A stretch of 64,000 nt of DNA, taken from an uncultured Spirochaetaceae bacterium. Its GTDB lineage: Bacteria; Myxococcota_A; UBA9160; UBA4427. Location: the NCBI GenBank assembly GCA_964435795.1, contig CAYTAT010000001.1, positions 166,153 through 230,152 on the forward strand, given 5' to 3'. The stretch's first letter is position 1. Every line of letters starts with the position of its first letter. The translations under genes and the position numbers were made by a program. Shown here one piece after another: positions 50,601 to 61,280 of this stretch. The notes under the pieces are model-generated. The model was not told the DNA's origin. It worked only from the letters and a program-made list of their open reading frames with translations, and made no database searches.

Positions 50601-52089
50601 GCGACCCGAGCTTCCCGAATCCCTGGCCGCTACTCCGGCTCCGGATCGCCAGCATGCGATTCGCGACCTTTTGCGGGGGCATCTCGAAATCGCGGGACCG
50701 ACGACCCCGGAGCAGCTGGCCCGCGAAGCGGGTCTCGAATTGCCCGATGTGGAACTCGGATGCGCCGATCTCGAGGCCGAGGGTTTCGTGCTGCGGGGAG
50801 AATTCGAGGCCGTCTCCGGGGCGTCGGAGAGGCTGGAAGAAATCTGCTCGCGCAGGGCCCTAGGCCGCATTCACGCCTATACGCGAAATCGCATGAGGGC
50901 CCGGGTGGAGCCCGCGAGTGCGCGGGATTTCATGCGCTTCCTGCTGCGCTGGCAGCACGTCGCAGGGGGCAGCCGCTGTGAAGGCCGCGGTGCGGTGGCC
51001 CGGATCGTAGAACAACTCCAGGGCTTCGAGGTGGCGGCCGGCAATTGGGAGCCGGATATCCTCGCCTGCCGAATCGAGGGCTATCAACCCGATTGGTTGG
51101 ATGCGGCCTGCCTGGCGGGGCAGGTGAGTTGGGGGCGCCTCTCCGCTTCGCCCGCTTCGGTCGCTGCGAGCACTTCGGCTGCTCCGGGCCGGGGCTCGGG
51201 GGTGGCCGAGGGCGGGGAATCGAGGCCGGAGGTGCGGGCCGAGGCATCTCCCTCCCGGGCCACTCCGCTCTCATTTCTCCTGCGCTCGGATCTGCCCTGG
51301 CTGCTCCAGGCGCATCGCGGCGACGTTCCCATTCAATTCCCGAGCCGGGGTGCGGCCGCGGACGTTCTGGCCCACCTGCGTGAAGCCGGGGCTCTCTTTC
51401 ACGGTGACCTCGTCGCCCGGGTAGGGCGCCTTCCGGTGGAAATCGAAGCGGGTCTTTGGGGCCTGGTCGCCCGGGGCCTGGTCAGCGCGGACGGCTTTCA
51501 GGCCGTGCGTTCCCTGCTGGGTGCCCGGGAGCGCTGGGCGCGCACGCGAGCCCGTCAGCGCGCGCGGCGCGGACTCCGACGCGGATTGGGGCAGGGACCT
51601 GCCGGGGGTGCCGAGGGGCGTTGGTCCCTGCTTCCCGAGGTCGAAGCGGTGGCGGATCCCGACGCGCTGGCGGAAGCGGTGGCGGAGCAATTGTTGGCGC
51701 GCTGGGGCGTGGTCTTTCGCGATCTGATGGCCCGGGAGCACCTGGCCCTGCCGTGGCGCGATCTTCTCTGGGCCATGCGCCGCCTGGAGGCCCGGGGCCT
51801 GATTCGCGGCGGCCGCTTCGTGCGGGGCTTCTCTGGCGAGCAGTTTGCCCTGCCCGAAGCCGTCGAATCCCTGGGCCGCGTGAGGCGTTCGGAATTGCCC
51901 GCCGAGCGAATCCGCATCTCTGCCACGGATCCCCTGAATCTCGTGGGCATCCTGACTCCGGGCCCCCGCATTCCCGCCGTGCCGAGTCGCGAAGTGGTCT
52001 ACCTGGACGGAGATCCGATACGAGTCGATTTGGGCTCCCGCGAGGTCGACGATGAGCCCCCCATCCGGCATGCGAGGAACAACCCCTGA
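47602..52089 (+). CDS. lhr: Lhr-type large ATP-dependent helicase (SF2, DEAH)
   Basis: 1495 aa with Walker A APTGSGKT, LILDEIH, helicase C motifs, and the long Lhr-specific C-terminal extension. Confidence 0.9.
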   Translation: MDAKPTSMAEPKLEPSEGLEGFHPAIQRWFESRFPEGPSLPQLHGWPRIAEESDTLIAAPTGSGKTLAAFLVCIDRFYAAAMEDAGNRVEAGLPLFSGDAASPRNPLPGPPERGVEVVYVSPLKALAADIEHNLRQPLLEIAERARAGGYPIPDLRISVRSGDTPASARAAMLKRPPQILVTTPESLFLLITAERSRKMLRGVRTLILDEIHAVARDKRGSHLALSLERLDRLCMRRPVRIGLSATQRPIEGLARLLVGAGEGRSAEDGSPLCKIVDVGHRRSLDLAIESPSQDFEAVASAEQMKDVLKRISEHVQKHRTTLIFVNTRRMAERVAHELAEWLGDGEVAAHHGSLSRERRQRVEGLLRAGELRALVATASLELGIDVGPVELVCQIGSPRSLSTFLQRVGRSGHSRSGIPKGRLYPTTRDELIECVGLLRGVRAGRLDTIHPPLAPLDILAQQIVAACAVEEWGEDQLYELMRGAAPFSELARGDFDAVVEMLAEGIRTGRGRRAAYLHRDGINRVLRGRRGARLAALTSGGAIPEVADYRVLAAPDDAVVGSVSEDFAIESMRGDIFLLGSMSWQILGVESGAVRVVDAGGAPPTIPFWQGEAPARSEELSDEVSNLRTEITELLGDRGGPGAVRWLMESEQLSASVAEQVVNYLAVSLTALGALPTLDRIVFERFFDEAEGMQLVVHSPLGARINRALCLSLRKKFCRNFNFELQAAANDDALVLSLGPHHSFPLDSVPRFLNSSTLEDTLSQAVLAAPMFTTRWRWNLNRSLAVLRFRNGRRNPPAIQRMESDDLLAAIFPNQAACQENVSYPIEIPDHPLVAQTLYDCLNEGMDLPGLEKLVAGFESGRVETHFVDSSEASPLAHEILNGRPFTFLDDAPLEERRTRAVALPRGLPVEARELAELDPEAIERVRGELAPNPSNADELHDLLLSLLLCRPQPALRGFFSELRVAGRAAQLDLAGSSFWFASERLQAVEVIHPEAEILSRPELPESLAATPAPDRQHAIRDLLRGHLEIAGPTTPEQLAREAGLELPDVELGCADLEAEGFVLRGEFEAVSGASERLEEICSRRALGRIHAYTRNRMRARVEPASARDFMRFLLRWQHVAGGSRCEGRGAVARIVEQLQGFEVAAGNWEPDILACRIEGYQPDWLDAACLAGQVSWGRLSASPASVAASTSAAPGRGSGVAEGGESRPEVRAEASPSRATPLSFLLRSDLPWLLQAHRGDVPIQFPSRGAAADVLAHLREAGALFHGDLVARVGRLPVEIEAGLWGLVARGLVSADGFQAVRSLLGARERWARTRARQRARRGLRRGLGQGPAGGAEGRWSLLPEVEAVADPDALAEAVAEQLLARWGVVFRDLMAREHLALPWRDLLWAMRRLEARGLIRGGRFVRGFSGEQFALPEAVESLGRVRRSELPAERIRISATDPLNLVGILTPGPRIPAVPSREVVYLDGDPIRVDLGSREVDDEPPIRHARNNP

Positions 52090-52120
52090 GAAATGGGTTT
52101 CACATCGGGATCGATGAGTC

Positions 52121-53032
52121 GTGATGAAAATGGAGGAGTCCGCATTGAAAGTCGCTTTCCTATGCCTGGGTGTGATGGGCTATCCGATGGCCGGGCATCT
52201 GGCACGTGCGGGGCATGCTCTTCGGATCTACAACCGTTCGCCCGCTCGTCTGCAGGATTTTCTCCGGGAGCATGGGGATCGGGAAGTCGTACCCGCGAAG
52301 AGCCCGGCCGAAGCTGCGGCCGGGGCGGATTTCGTATTGGTATGCACCGGCGATGACGAAGCATTGCAGGAGATCGCCCTCGCCGAGGACGGCGCCTTCG
52401 ACGCCATGTCGCCGGGAGCCTGTTTCGTCGACCATACGACGGCTTCCGCCCGCATGGCTCGACGACTCGGGGATGAAGCCCTGGCTCGGGGATTCGGTTT
52501 TCTGGACGCACCGGTCTCCGGGGGAGAGGTCGGGGCCGAGCAGGGCATCCTCACGATCATGGTGGGGGGGCGTGAATCCGACTATAGGCGAGCCACTCCC
52601 CTCTTCGATCTCTACGCGAGAAAACATCTCTGGATGGGGGAGGCCGGCAGCGGTCAGTTGACCAAGATGGTCAACCAGATCTGCATCGCGGGGCTCATCC
52701 AGGCCCTTTCGGAAGGACTTCATTTCGCCAGGCGGAGCGGTCTCGATGCGAGTCGCGTGGTCGACGTCATCTCCCAGGGAGCCGCTCAATCCTGGCAGAT
52801 GGATCAGCGGGCTCGCACCATGCTCGCGGGGGAATTTGATTTCGGTTTTGCAGTCGAATGGATGCGCAAGGATCTCGGGATGGCTCTTGCAGAGGCCGAG
52901 GGCTGTGATGCAAAACTCGATTTCACCGCCGCTGTAGATGCCCGCTACGCCGAGGTCGAGGCTCGGGGTGGCGGGCGCCTCGATACCTCGAGTCTGATCC
53001 GCCTGCTGGAATCGGATTTCTCCGGGAGCTGA
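52121..53032 (+). CDS. NAD(P)-dependent 3-hydroxyisobutyrate/6-phosphogluconate dehydrogenase-like oxidoreductase
   Basis: VAFLCLGVMGYPMAGHL dinucleotide fold, DAPVSGG, and the TKMVNQI helix. The exact start is uncertain (GTG 52121, ATG 52124 or ATG 52130). Confidence 0.85.
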   Translation: MMKMEESALKVAFLCLGVMGYPMAGHLARAGHALRIYNRSPARLQDFLREHGDREVVPAKSPAEAAAGADFVLVCTGDDEALQEIALAEDGAFDAMSPGACFVDHTTASARMARRLGDEALARGFGFLDAPVSGGEVGAEQGILTIMVGGRESDYRRATPLFDLYARKHLWMGEAGSGQLTKMVNQICIAGLIQALSEGLHFARRSGLDASRVVDVISQGAAQSWQMDQRARTMLAGEFDFGFAVEWMRKDLGMALAEAEGCDAKLDFTAAVDARYAEVEARGGGRLDTSSLIRLLESDFSGS

Positions 53033-54577
53033 TCAGGGATCGGGATTCACCTTCTCTTCGGGATCGCGAAATCTCCTGCCCGGCCCCGGGGCCATGAAGA
53101 GCTGGAGTTGGGCGATCGAGATGTCGCGCTGATTGACCTTGCCGTCTCCGTCCAGGTCATGATCGGCGATATGGAGCCCATCCCTGGCGCTCAGCGCGAT
53201 CATTTCGACATCCCCACGTTCGCTGAGGGGAAAGCTCTCGCCCCAACTCGTCGTCACGAGGCCGTCTCCGTTGACGTCGGCATCGCAGATATTTCCGTAT
53301 CCGTCGCCATCGCTGTCGCGCTGGCGAGCATTCGGGATCAGGACGCAATTGTCATCCGAATCGGGTCGTCCGTCTCCATCCGAATCCGCCGCCCGCATAT
53401 TTCCCCTGGGGATGTCCCAGCGCATCAGGGGGTCCCCGATATAGACGTTCATCCAACCCAGATAGGGGAGGGCGCGGTAGTAGGCCTCGATCGCCGGGGC
53501 GCCGAGAGCAAAGTGAAAGAAGAGCAGATGCGGCCGGACGACGGTGGGCAGCGTTGGTTCTGCGACGTGGCCCGCGGCACCTCCCACCCCTTGGGCGATC
53601 AGGTCCGCGACGAGGGATTGCCCGTAAACCGGAGGTGCGGTGAAGCTGCGCGCATTGGTGCTCACCAGGTCGACCGCGATCGCGCCGGGAGCGAAGCCGC
53701 CGGGATGCAGGGATCCGTCGATTTCTCCATAGGTCTGCGGGGCCTTCTCGGTGCTCGCGTTGCTCCCCCAGGAGGCGAAGCCCTGGATGTTCTCGAGATC
53801 GGCGGCGGTTTCCGGGCCGTCATCCGCCACCACGCGCAGACCGAGCCCCTTCAGCAGGCCGACCACCGGATCCAATAGGACTCGATTCGCAGCATCCATG
53901 GCGATGGGCAGGGTCGGATCGAAATCCACGAGCCAGAGGGAATTTTCTCGATTGGGCGCCTGGCCCCTGGCGATCAGGGCGCCGACATCCCGGGGCAGGG
54001 CGCCGCCCGCTTCGATCGGCGTCTGGTAGCCGGTCAGGCGGGCGACCAGATAGCGGAGGGGAGAAGTGGGATGGGAGCGTCGAAAGTCGCGAAAGCCCTG
54101 GGCCTGGCCGTAATAGGGATTTGGGCTCGAAGCAATGCCAGGGCTTCCGATCTGGGGAGAAAAGAGCAGGCTGAGTTCGGCGTCCACGGAGGCGGTCGTG
54201 GAGTCTCGCAGTGAAAGCGCCGGATCCACGGCCGGACCTTCGACGCGGAGCGGAATGCCCTTGGTCGTCACGATGATGTCGATTTCGTCGCGAAAGCCGT
54301 TTTTCTCGAAACTCTCCTCCAGGGGAATTCGGATCAGGCGTTCGAATTCCTCGCGCGATATCGACTCATGCTCGCGATCGCCCAATTCGGGGTCGTCCAC
54401 GGGAATCGAGAGGCGGAGGAGTTGTCCCTTCGGGATGCCCCGGGCCCGCATATAGGCTTCCCCGATCGCCAGCGAGACGGGGCTGGCGTCGTTCACCACC
54501 ACGCAGATACGATCACGAGGATTCTTCTCGCAGCCGAGCAGGACGATGAGCAGAATGATCGAGGAGAGGAATCGCAT
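53033..54577 (-). CDS. Lipoprotein: N-terminal domain resembling the uncharacterised TIGR03790 family, fused to thrombospondin-type-3 Ca-binding repeats and a dockerin/EF-hand-like repeat
   Basis: Lipobox LLGC. ICVVVNDASPVSLAIGEAYMRARGIP is as I recall for TIGR03790. The C-terminus has DSDGDGRPDSDDNC, DSDGDGYGNICDADVNGDG and DLDGDGKVNQRD. Confidence 0.6.
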   Translation of the reverse strand: MRFLSSIILLIVLLGCEKNPRDRICVVVNDASPVSLAIGEAYMRARGIPKGQLLRLSIPVDDPELGDREHESISREEFERLIRIPLEESFEKNGFRDEIDIIVTTKGIPLRVEGPAVDPALSLRDSTTASVDAELSLLFSPQIGSPGIASSPNPYYGQAQGFRDFRRSHPTSPLRYLVARLTGYQTPIEAGGALPRDVGALIARGQAPNRENSLWLVDFDPTLPIAMDAANRVLLDPVVGLLKGLGLRVVADDGPETAADLENIQGFASWGSNASTEKAPQTYGEIDGSLHPGGFAPGAIAVDLVSTNARSFTAPPVYGQSLVADLIAQGVGGAAGHVAEPTLPTVVRPHLLFFHFALGAPAIEAYYRALPYLGWMNVYIGDPLMRWDIPRGNMRAADSDGDGRPDSDDNCVLIPNARQRDSDGDGYGNICDADVNGDGLVTTSWGESFPLSERGDVEMIALSARDGLHIADHDLDGDGKVNQRDISIAQLQLFMAPGPGRRFRDPEEKVNPDP

Positions 54578-54761
54578 TTGAAGGGGATTCGGGAGATCGT
54601 GGCCGCCCAGGATTCCGGAGTCTAGCCCGCCCTTTTCCGTGTGGCCCGTATCCCGGACGACGGTAGGATGCGACCCCTATTTTACCCTGGCTCGGGGCCG
54701 CTGCGGGATTCCGAAATCCGCTCGACCCCGATACACTTCCGCCGCTGGGAGGAAAAGTTGC

Positions 54762-56438
<1,677 letters not shown>

Positions 56439-56489
56439 ATGGAGCTGGAATCGGGGAGGGGCTCGCGCGCCCATGCTTCGATTCCGATG

Positions 56490-57572
56490 CTATCGCGACA
56501 GGGCGTCGCCCTCCTTCCAGGGCGAGAGCTGACCGGAATAGACCGAGGGGCCGCGGCGGAAGTGGGAGGCTTCTTCCAGGGTTTCCACGAAGGGCATATC
56601 CCGAGGATAGAGTCTGTCGCCCCGGGGCCGCGGGCCTCCTTTCGAGACATGTCCCCAGAGAGGGTGCCCGACCACCTCTTCGGCGATGACCGCGGCTTCG
56701 ATGACCTTGTCGAGGTTGTAGCCGGTCTCGATGCCCATCTCGTGACAGAGGTCCACGAAGTCCTCGGTGGGGACATGTCCCGCGGCTCTGCCATTTCCGC
56801 AATAGGGACAGCCCCCCATACCACCGAGGCAGGTATCGAATTCCCGAACGCCGAGTTGGAGGGCTTCGTAGTAGCTCGTCATGCTGGCGCCCCGGGCATT
56901 GTGAAAATGGCAGTGGAAGTCGCTGATTTCGGGCCATCGATTCCGGATGGCCTCCAATGTTCTTCGCACCTCGAGGGGCGAATTCCAGCCCATGGCCTCC
57001 AGCAGCGAGCAGCGCCGGACTTCCAGGCCCACTCCATGCCACGCTTCGATCATCAACTCGAGCAGTTCCAGCCTCTGATCGAGAGAAAAGGCCCCCTCGA
57101 AATTTGAACCGAAGGGATTGCCGAGTACGATGGAGCCGGCCTCTGCACCCGCCTCCTTCGCCCGCGCGACAGAGGCGGGGATGCTGGCGATCTGGTCGGC
57201 CTGGCTTCGATTGTAGTTTCTGCGCGCGAAGGTATCGCATAGCTCCACATGGGTTCCGAATCGGATTCCTCTCACATCGATCTTCGGATACCACTTCTCC
57301 GCCCGCTCAAAACCCTTCTGATTGAAAATGGCTGCGGTGTATTGCACGCCCTCTCTGGGGACGAATTTTTCGGCAATTTCATCGATGCAGGCCATTTGGG
57401 GCGTCCACTTCGGATGGGCGAAGGAACCGATCGAGATCAACTTCGCCCCCATTTCTCCGATCGCATCCAGAAGTCTCAACTTCTCGGAAGTCGGAATCTC
57501 GGAGCTTTCAATCTGGAGTCCCTCGCGCATGGTGTCGTCCGTGATGACGACGGATTGGGGCATCTCACTCAT
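56490..57572 (-). CDS. HMG-CoA lyase-like (pyruvate carboxyltransferase/DRE-TIM) enzyme
   Basis: VVITDDTMREGLQ (variant of RDGLQ), a TIM-barrel pattern, and metal ligands HCHFHN. The ATG at 57572 is preceded by GGGGAGGA. Confidence 0.8.
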   Translation of the reverse strand: MSEMPQSVVITDDTMREGLQIESSEIPTSEKLRLLDAIGEMGAKLISIGSFAHPKWTPQMACIDEIAEKFVPREGVQYTAAIFNQKGFERAEKWYPKIDVRGIRFGTHVELCDTFARRNYNRSQADQIASIPASVARAKEAGAEAGSIVLGNPFGSNFEGAFSLDQRLELLELMIEAWHGVGLEVRRCSLLEAMGWNSPLEVRRTLEAIRNRWPEISDFHCHFHNARGASMTSYYEALQLGVREFDTCLGGMGGCPYCGNGRAAGHVPTEDFVDLCHEMGIETGYNLDKVIEAAVIAEEVVGHPLWGHVSKGGPRPRGDRLYPRDMPFVETLEEASHFRRGPSVYSGQLSPWKEGDALSR

Positions 57573-57853
57573 TCCGATTTCCCATCCTCCCCGACCCCTC
57601 TTTCGAGCGGGCATTCGGAATTCCCAGAAACGGTCGAGGAGGGGGAGATCTCCACGCTCGTCGGCCCCTCGGATCGATCGGGCCTTTTCATGATATGCCA
57701 GATCGAGAGCGATTGAATCTCTCGAGTGCGGGCGTCCCGAGGCCATTTCGCGGCCCGGCGGCGGCCGAGCCGGCAAGCCCCGGCATGCGGGCCATGAGTA
57801 TCGGCGGCCCGGCTCTGGTATCGGGGTTGCCGGCCGCAAGGTCTGAGGGGTCC

Positions 57854-59023
57854 CTACGCGTCGAATGCGATGGGTACTCGATTCGGACCGCGTAGGGTGG
57901 CGCCCAGGAATTGCATCGAATCCTTCTCCGCGAGGCGCAGGTTCGGCAGCCGCTCGAGAAAGGCGTCCAACGCCGCTCGCATTTCACCCCGGGCGAAGTG
58001 GGAGCCCAGGCAGAAGTGTTGTCCCTGGCCAAAGGTCGCGATCTGATGCTCGATTTTCCGATCGAGGTCGAAGCGGTCCGGCTCGGGAAAGAACTTGGGA
58101 TCCCTATTGGCTGCACTGGTGCCAAAGAGGAAGAAGCCCGCGGGAATTTCGAGGTCCCGCCAGCGGATGGCCTGGGGGCTCATGCGCGGCTGAATCGTGA
58201 CGGGGGGTTCCAGGCGCAGACTTTCCTCGATGGCGGCCTCACGATCTTCGGGATGCGCGTAGACCCGTTCCAGGGCTTCGGGATTCAGGAGAAGATGAGC
58301 CATCATGCTGCCCGTGGTGAGGTAGGTCGTATCGGCACCGGCTGGAAAGAGCAGGCGGATGAAGGAGAGGATCTGCTCGTCGCTGAGCCGATGGCCCTCG
58401 ATCTCGGCCTCGACGAGATGGGTCAGCAGGTCATTCCTGCCGCTATTCCGGCGCTCTTCGAGAAGCCCCAGGATATACTCATTGAATTGTTTCGTGGTTG
58501 CGATCGCACCTTCCGGATCGCCCGGATAGCTGAAGAGTCCGGATACCCAATGGTGGAGCTGGTCATTATCCACATCCGTGATGCCGATGACGCGTGCAAT
58601 GATGTTGAAGGAGAAGTGTCGCGTGAAGTCCTCCACCAGCTCTGCCTGGCCCCTGCCGATGAACTGGTCGATCAGTTCATGGGCCGCCGAGGCGAAGATC
58701 GTGGATGCGTACTCCTGGGCGACGGACGGTTTGAAAGCCGAGCGGACGAGGGCGCGATGCACTCGATGCTCCTCGCCCGTCATGCATTGGATCGTGCGGC
58801 CCATGACCGGGCCCGCAATTACGTCATAGGCCGCATGGGCGGGAAAGGTCTCCTCATCCCGGTAGGCGGCGATGACATCCTCGTAGTGGGTCAGAAGGGG
58901 GGCGGGTGCACCGTGGATCTTGACTGCCGTCATGCGTCCCGCTTTTCGGCTGGCATGCTGCCTTTGATGCAGGTCGGGAACGGAATCCAAGGCGATGTCG
59001 ATATCGGTCATCGGGTCGGACAT
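57854..59023 (-). CDS. Cytochrome P450
   Basis: Heme loop FGQGQHFCLGSHFA, ExxR (EESLRLEPP) and I-helix AGADTT. 389 aa. Confidence 0.9.
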   Translation of the reverse strand: MSDPMTDIDIALDSVPDLHQRQHASRKAGRMTAVKIHGAPAPLLTHYEDVIAAYRDEETFPAHAAYDVIAGPVMGRTIQCMTGEEHRVHRALVRSAFKPSVAQEYASTIFASAAHELIDQFIGRGQAELVEDFTRHFSFNIIARVIGITDVDNDQLHHWVSGLFSYPGDPEGAIATTKQFNEYILGLLEERRNSGRNDLLTHLVEAEIEGHRLSDEQILSFIRLLFPAGADTTYLTTGSMMAHLLLNPEALERVYAHPEDREAAIEESLRLEPPVTIQPRMSPQAIRWRDLEIPAGFFLFGTSAANRDPKFFPEPDRFDLDRKIEHQIATFGQGQHFCLGSHFARGEMRAALDAFLERLPNLRLAEKDSMQFLGATLRGPNRVPIAFDA

Positions 59024-59262
59024 GAGAACCTCCGTGAGTGGAATCCCTCTTTATTCGGTCGCCTCAACTGTATCGCTCTGCGCTACGAATTGTCTGCACA
59101 TTTTCGGCGAGGGTTTCCGGCATGGGCCGAGACTGGCAATATGGGGATACCGTTGGAGGGCATCGAATCGATGAATGTGACAGAAAGCCCCATCCAGAAG
59201 TCTGCTATACGGTCGCAGTGATGGAATCCCGAGTTTTATCCGGGATAGGGAGGAAATGAGCG

Positions 59263-60156
59263 ATGCCCCTGGAACACTTTCCCGAGCACATAGCCGTGCC
59301 CGATCGAGAAATCGACTACCACAGCTTTGAGTTGTCCTCACTGACGCCTCATATCGGTGCGGAAATTCGGGGCATCGATCTCTCGAAGAGTCCGTCCGCG
59401 GAAGAGGAGGCGGAGCTCAAGCGCGCTCTGCGTGATTGGATGGTGTTGGTCTTTCCCGAACAGGATCTCGGGCCCGAGGAGCATAAGAATTTCGGAAGAC
59501 TTTTTGGGACGCTTCACGTTCATCCTCAGCTGCGCGGAGCCGAGATGTCTCATCCGGAGATCCTGCCCGTGCACACCAACGCCGACTCACCCTTTACGCC
59601 GGGGGATGGCTGGCATAGTGATGTCACCTGCGATGAAATTCCCCCCCTCGCTTCGATGCTCTACATCCGGGAAACCCCGGCTTGCGGTGGAGGCGATACG
59701 CTCTACGCGAATATGTACATGGCCTACGAGTTGCTCTCCGAGCCCATGAAGAATTTCCTCTCAGGGTTGAGAGCGATTCACGACGGGGCGGGTCCGTATT
59801 CGGAGCAGCGGGCGATGGGAATCGGGAAGCCGGATTCCGCAGAGGTATATCCCCGGGCTGAACATCCGATGGTGGTATGTCATCCGGAATCCGGGCGAAA
59901 ACTTCTCTATGTGAATAGTGGTTTCACGACCCGGATCGTCGGTCTCACGGCTGGCGAGAGTCGGGCGGTTCTGGGTATGCTCTTTCGGCATATCGAGTCG
60001 ATTCCCAAACTATCCTGCCGCGTTCGCTGGCAGCCCAGGACGCTCACCTTCTGGGATAATCTCTGCACCCAGCACCACGCCATCTGGGACTACTACCCGC
60101 ATTCCAGGCTGGGTGGAAGGGTGTCGATTCTTGGAGAGTCGCCTCCGAGCGCCTGA
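59263..60156 (+). CDS. TauD/TfdA-family Fe(II)/2-oxoglutarate dioxygenase
   Basis: LTPHIGAEIRGIDL, the WHSDVT (HxD) facial triad, and a distal His and Arg (WDNLCTQHHA). Confidence 0.9.
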   Translation: MPLEHFPEHIAVPDREIDYHSFELSSLTPHIGAEIRGIDLSKSPSAEEEAELKRALRDWMVLVFPEQDLGPEEHKNFGRLFGTLHVHPQLRGAEMSHPEILPVHTNADSPFTPGDGWHSDVTCDEIPPLASMLYIRETPACGGGDTLYANMYMAYELLSEPMKNFLSGLRAIHDGAGPYSEQRAMGIGKPDSAEVYPRAEHPMVVCHPESGRKLLYVNSGFTTRIVGLTAGESRAVLGMLFRHIESIPKLSCRVRWQPRTLTFWDNLCTQHHAIWDYYPHSRLGGRVSILGESPPSA

Positions 60157-60162
60157 CGCCAG

Positions 60163-60250
60163 CCCCTTTCGGCCACGCTCCTTTCGGCCACGCTCCTTTC
60201 TGCCACGCCCCTTTCTGCCCCGCCCCTTTCTGCCCCGCCCTGCCCCGCCC
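60163..60250. repeat. 15-bp tandem repeat, five full copies plus degenerate tail
   Basis: CCCCTTTCGGCCACG / CTCCTTTCGGCCACG / CTCCTTTCTGCCACG / CCCCTTTCTGCCCCG / CCCCTTTCTGCCCCG / CCCTGCCCCGCCCCG. It starts 7 nt after the TauD stop, between convergent genes. Confidence 0.9.
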
Positions 60251-60350
60251 CGAGGCTGCCACGCTCCGAGGCGAAGCGGCTCGGGATTCGAGAGCATATC
60301 GTGGCCAGGGGGAGAGGCGCGGGGCGAGAGTCGCCGATTTCCGAAAGATC

Positions 60351-61148
60351 TCAGGCGCCCGGAATTCCCGCTTGCCGATGCCCCGCCGTCAAGCCCGCAT
60401 CCACCACGAAATCAGCCGCCGTGCAGGAGAGGCTCTCATCCGATGCCAGGAAGAGCGCCATGCGCGCGACGTCGAGAAGTCGGCTGGAGGCCTCCGCCTC
60501 CTGGGGTGCCTTCAGGATGGCCTGCATCATGCGATGGGATACTTCGCTGAGGTCGGGATTCCCCGGCAGGAAGGGGGCGCTCATATTGGGATTTCCGGCC
60601 TCGGGGCAGATCGCATTGACGCGAATGCCATGGGGGCCGAGTTCCATGGCCGCGGATTTCGTGAGCCCGCGAATGCCGAATTTGCTCGACGCGTAGGCGC
60701 AGACCCCATTCATTCCCTTGATTCCATCCGTGGATGAAATATTGATGATCGAGCCTCCCCCTCGAGTCTTCATGGAGTTCATCACCGCTCGGATGCCGAG
60801 GAAGGGGCCGAGTTGATTGACTTCCAGGATGCGAAGGAAATCGGCACGACTCGTTCGCTCGATCTCGGCGAGCAGGAGTATGGCGGCGTTATTGACCAGG
60901 ATGTCGATACCCCCGAAGAGCTCAACTGCCTTCTCGACGCCACGTTCCCAATCCTCTTCACGGCGCACATCCAGGGCCAGGAAATAGGCGGAATCTCCGA
61001 TCTCGGCTGCGATCTTCTCACCGGCATCCTGGACCACGTCTGTCAGGAGGACAGCCGCTCCCTCCGCGGCGAAGAGTCGGGCGATGGTTTCTCCCGTTCC
61101 TCCCGCAGCGCCCGTGACCACCGCGATCTTTCCATCGAGTCTTCCCAT
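60351..61148 (-). CDS. Short-chain dehydrogenase/reductase (3-alpha/20-beta-HSD-like)
   Basis: TGAAGGTG cofactor motif, NNAA, and the catalytic YASSK. The ATG at 61148 is preceded by GAGGAAG. Confidence 0.9.
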   Translation of the reverse strand: MGRLDGKIAVVTGAAGGTGETIARLFAAEGAAVLLTDVVQDAGEKIAAEIGDSAYFLALDVRREEDWERGVEKAVELFGGIDILVNNAAILLLAEIERTSRADFLRILEVNQLGPFLGIRAVMNSMKTRGGGSIINISSTDGIKGMNGVCAYASSKFGIRGLTKSAAMELGPHGIRVNAICPEAGNPNMSAPFLPGNPDLSEVSHRMMQAILKAPQEAEASSRLLDVARMALFLASDESLSCTAADFVVDAGLTAGHRQAGIPGA

Positions 61149-61280
61149 CGAATCTTCCTCACGCATTCAGTAGTGGATGTCGCCGAGATCGCCTATCACT
61201 CGAAGGCGCGCAGCCGCTTTGGAATTCCTCGTCGCCTTCCTTCCGGGCAGCGTACTCCGGGGCGGGTGGCGAGTCTCCTA

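Noticed and set aside
52200-52215. TGGCACG-TGCG-GGGCA match on the plus strand
   Set aside because: It lies about 80 nt inside the coding region of the dehydrogenase gene (encoding HLARAGHA), with no downstream target. It is a likely chance match in GC-rich coding DNA.
60010-60297. Minus-strand ORF translating the 15-bp repeat as (GRGRK/ERGRK)n
   Set aside because: There is no SD before its ATG, and it would overlap about 147 nt of the TauD 3' end in antisense. The repeat is better explained as a non-coding minisatellite.
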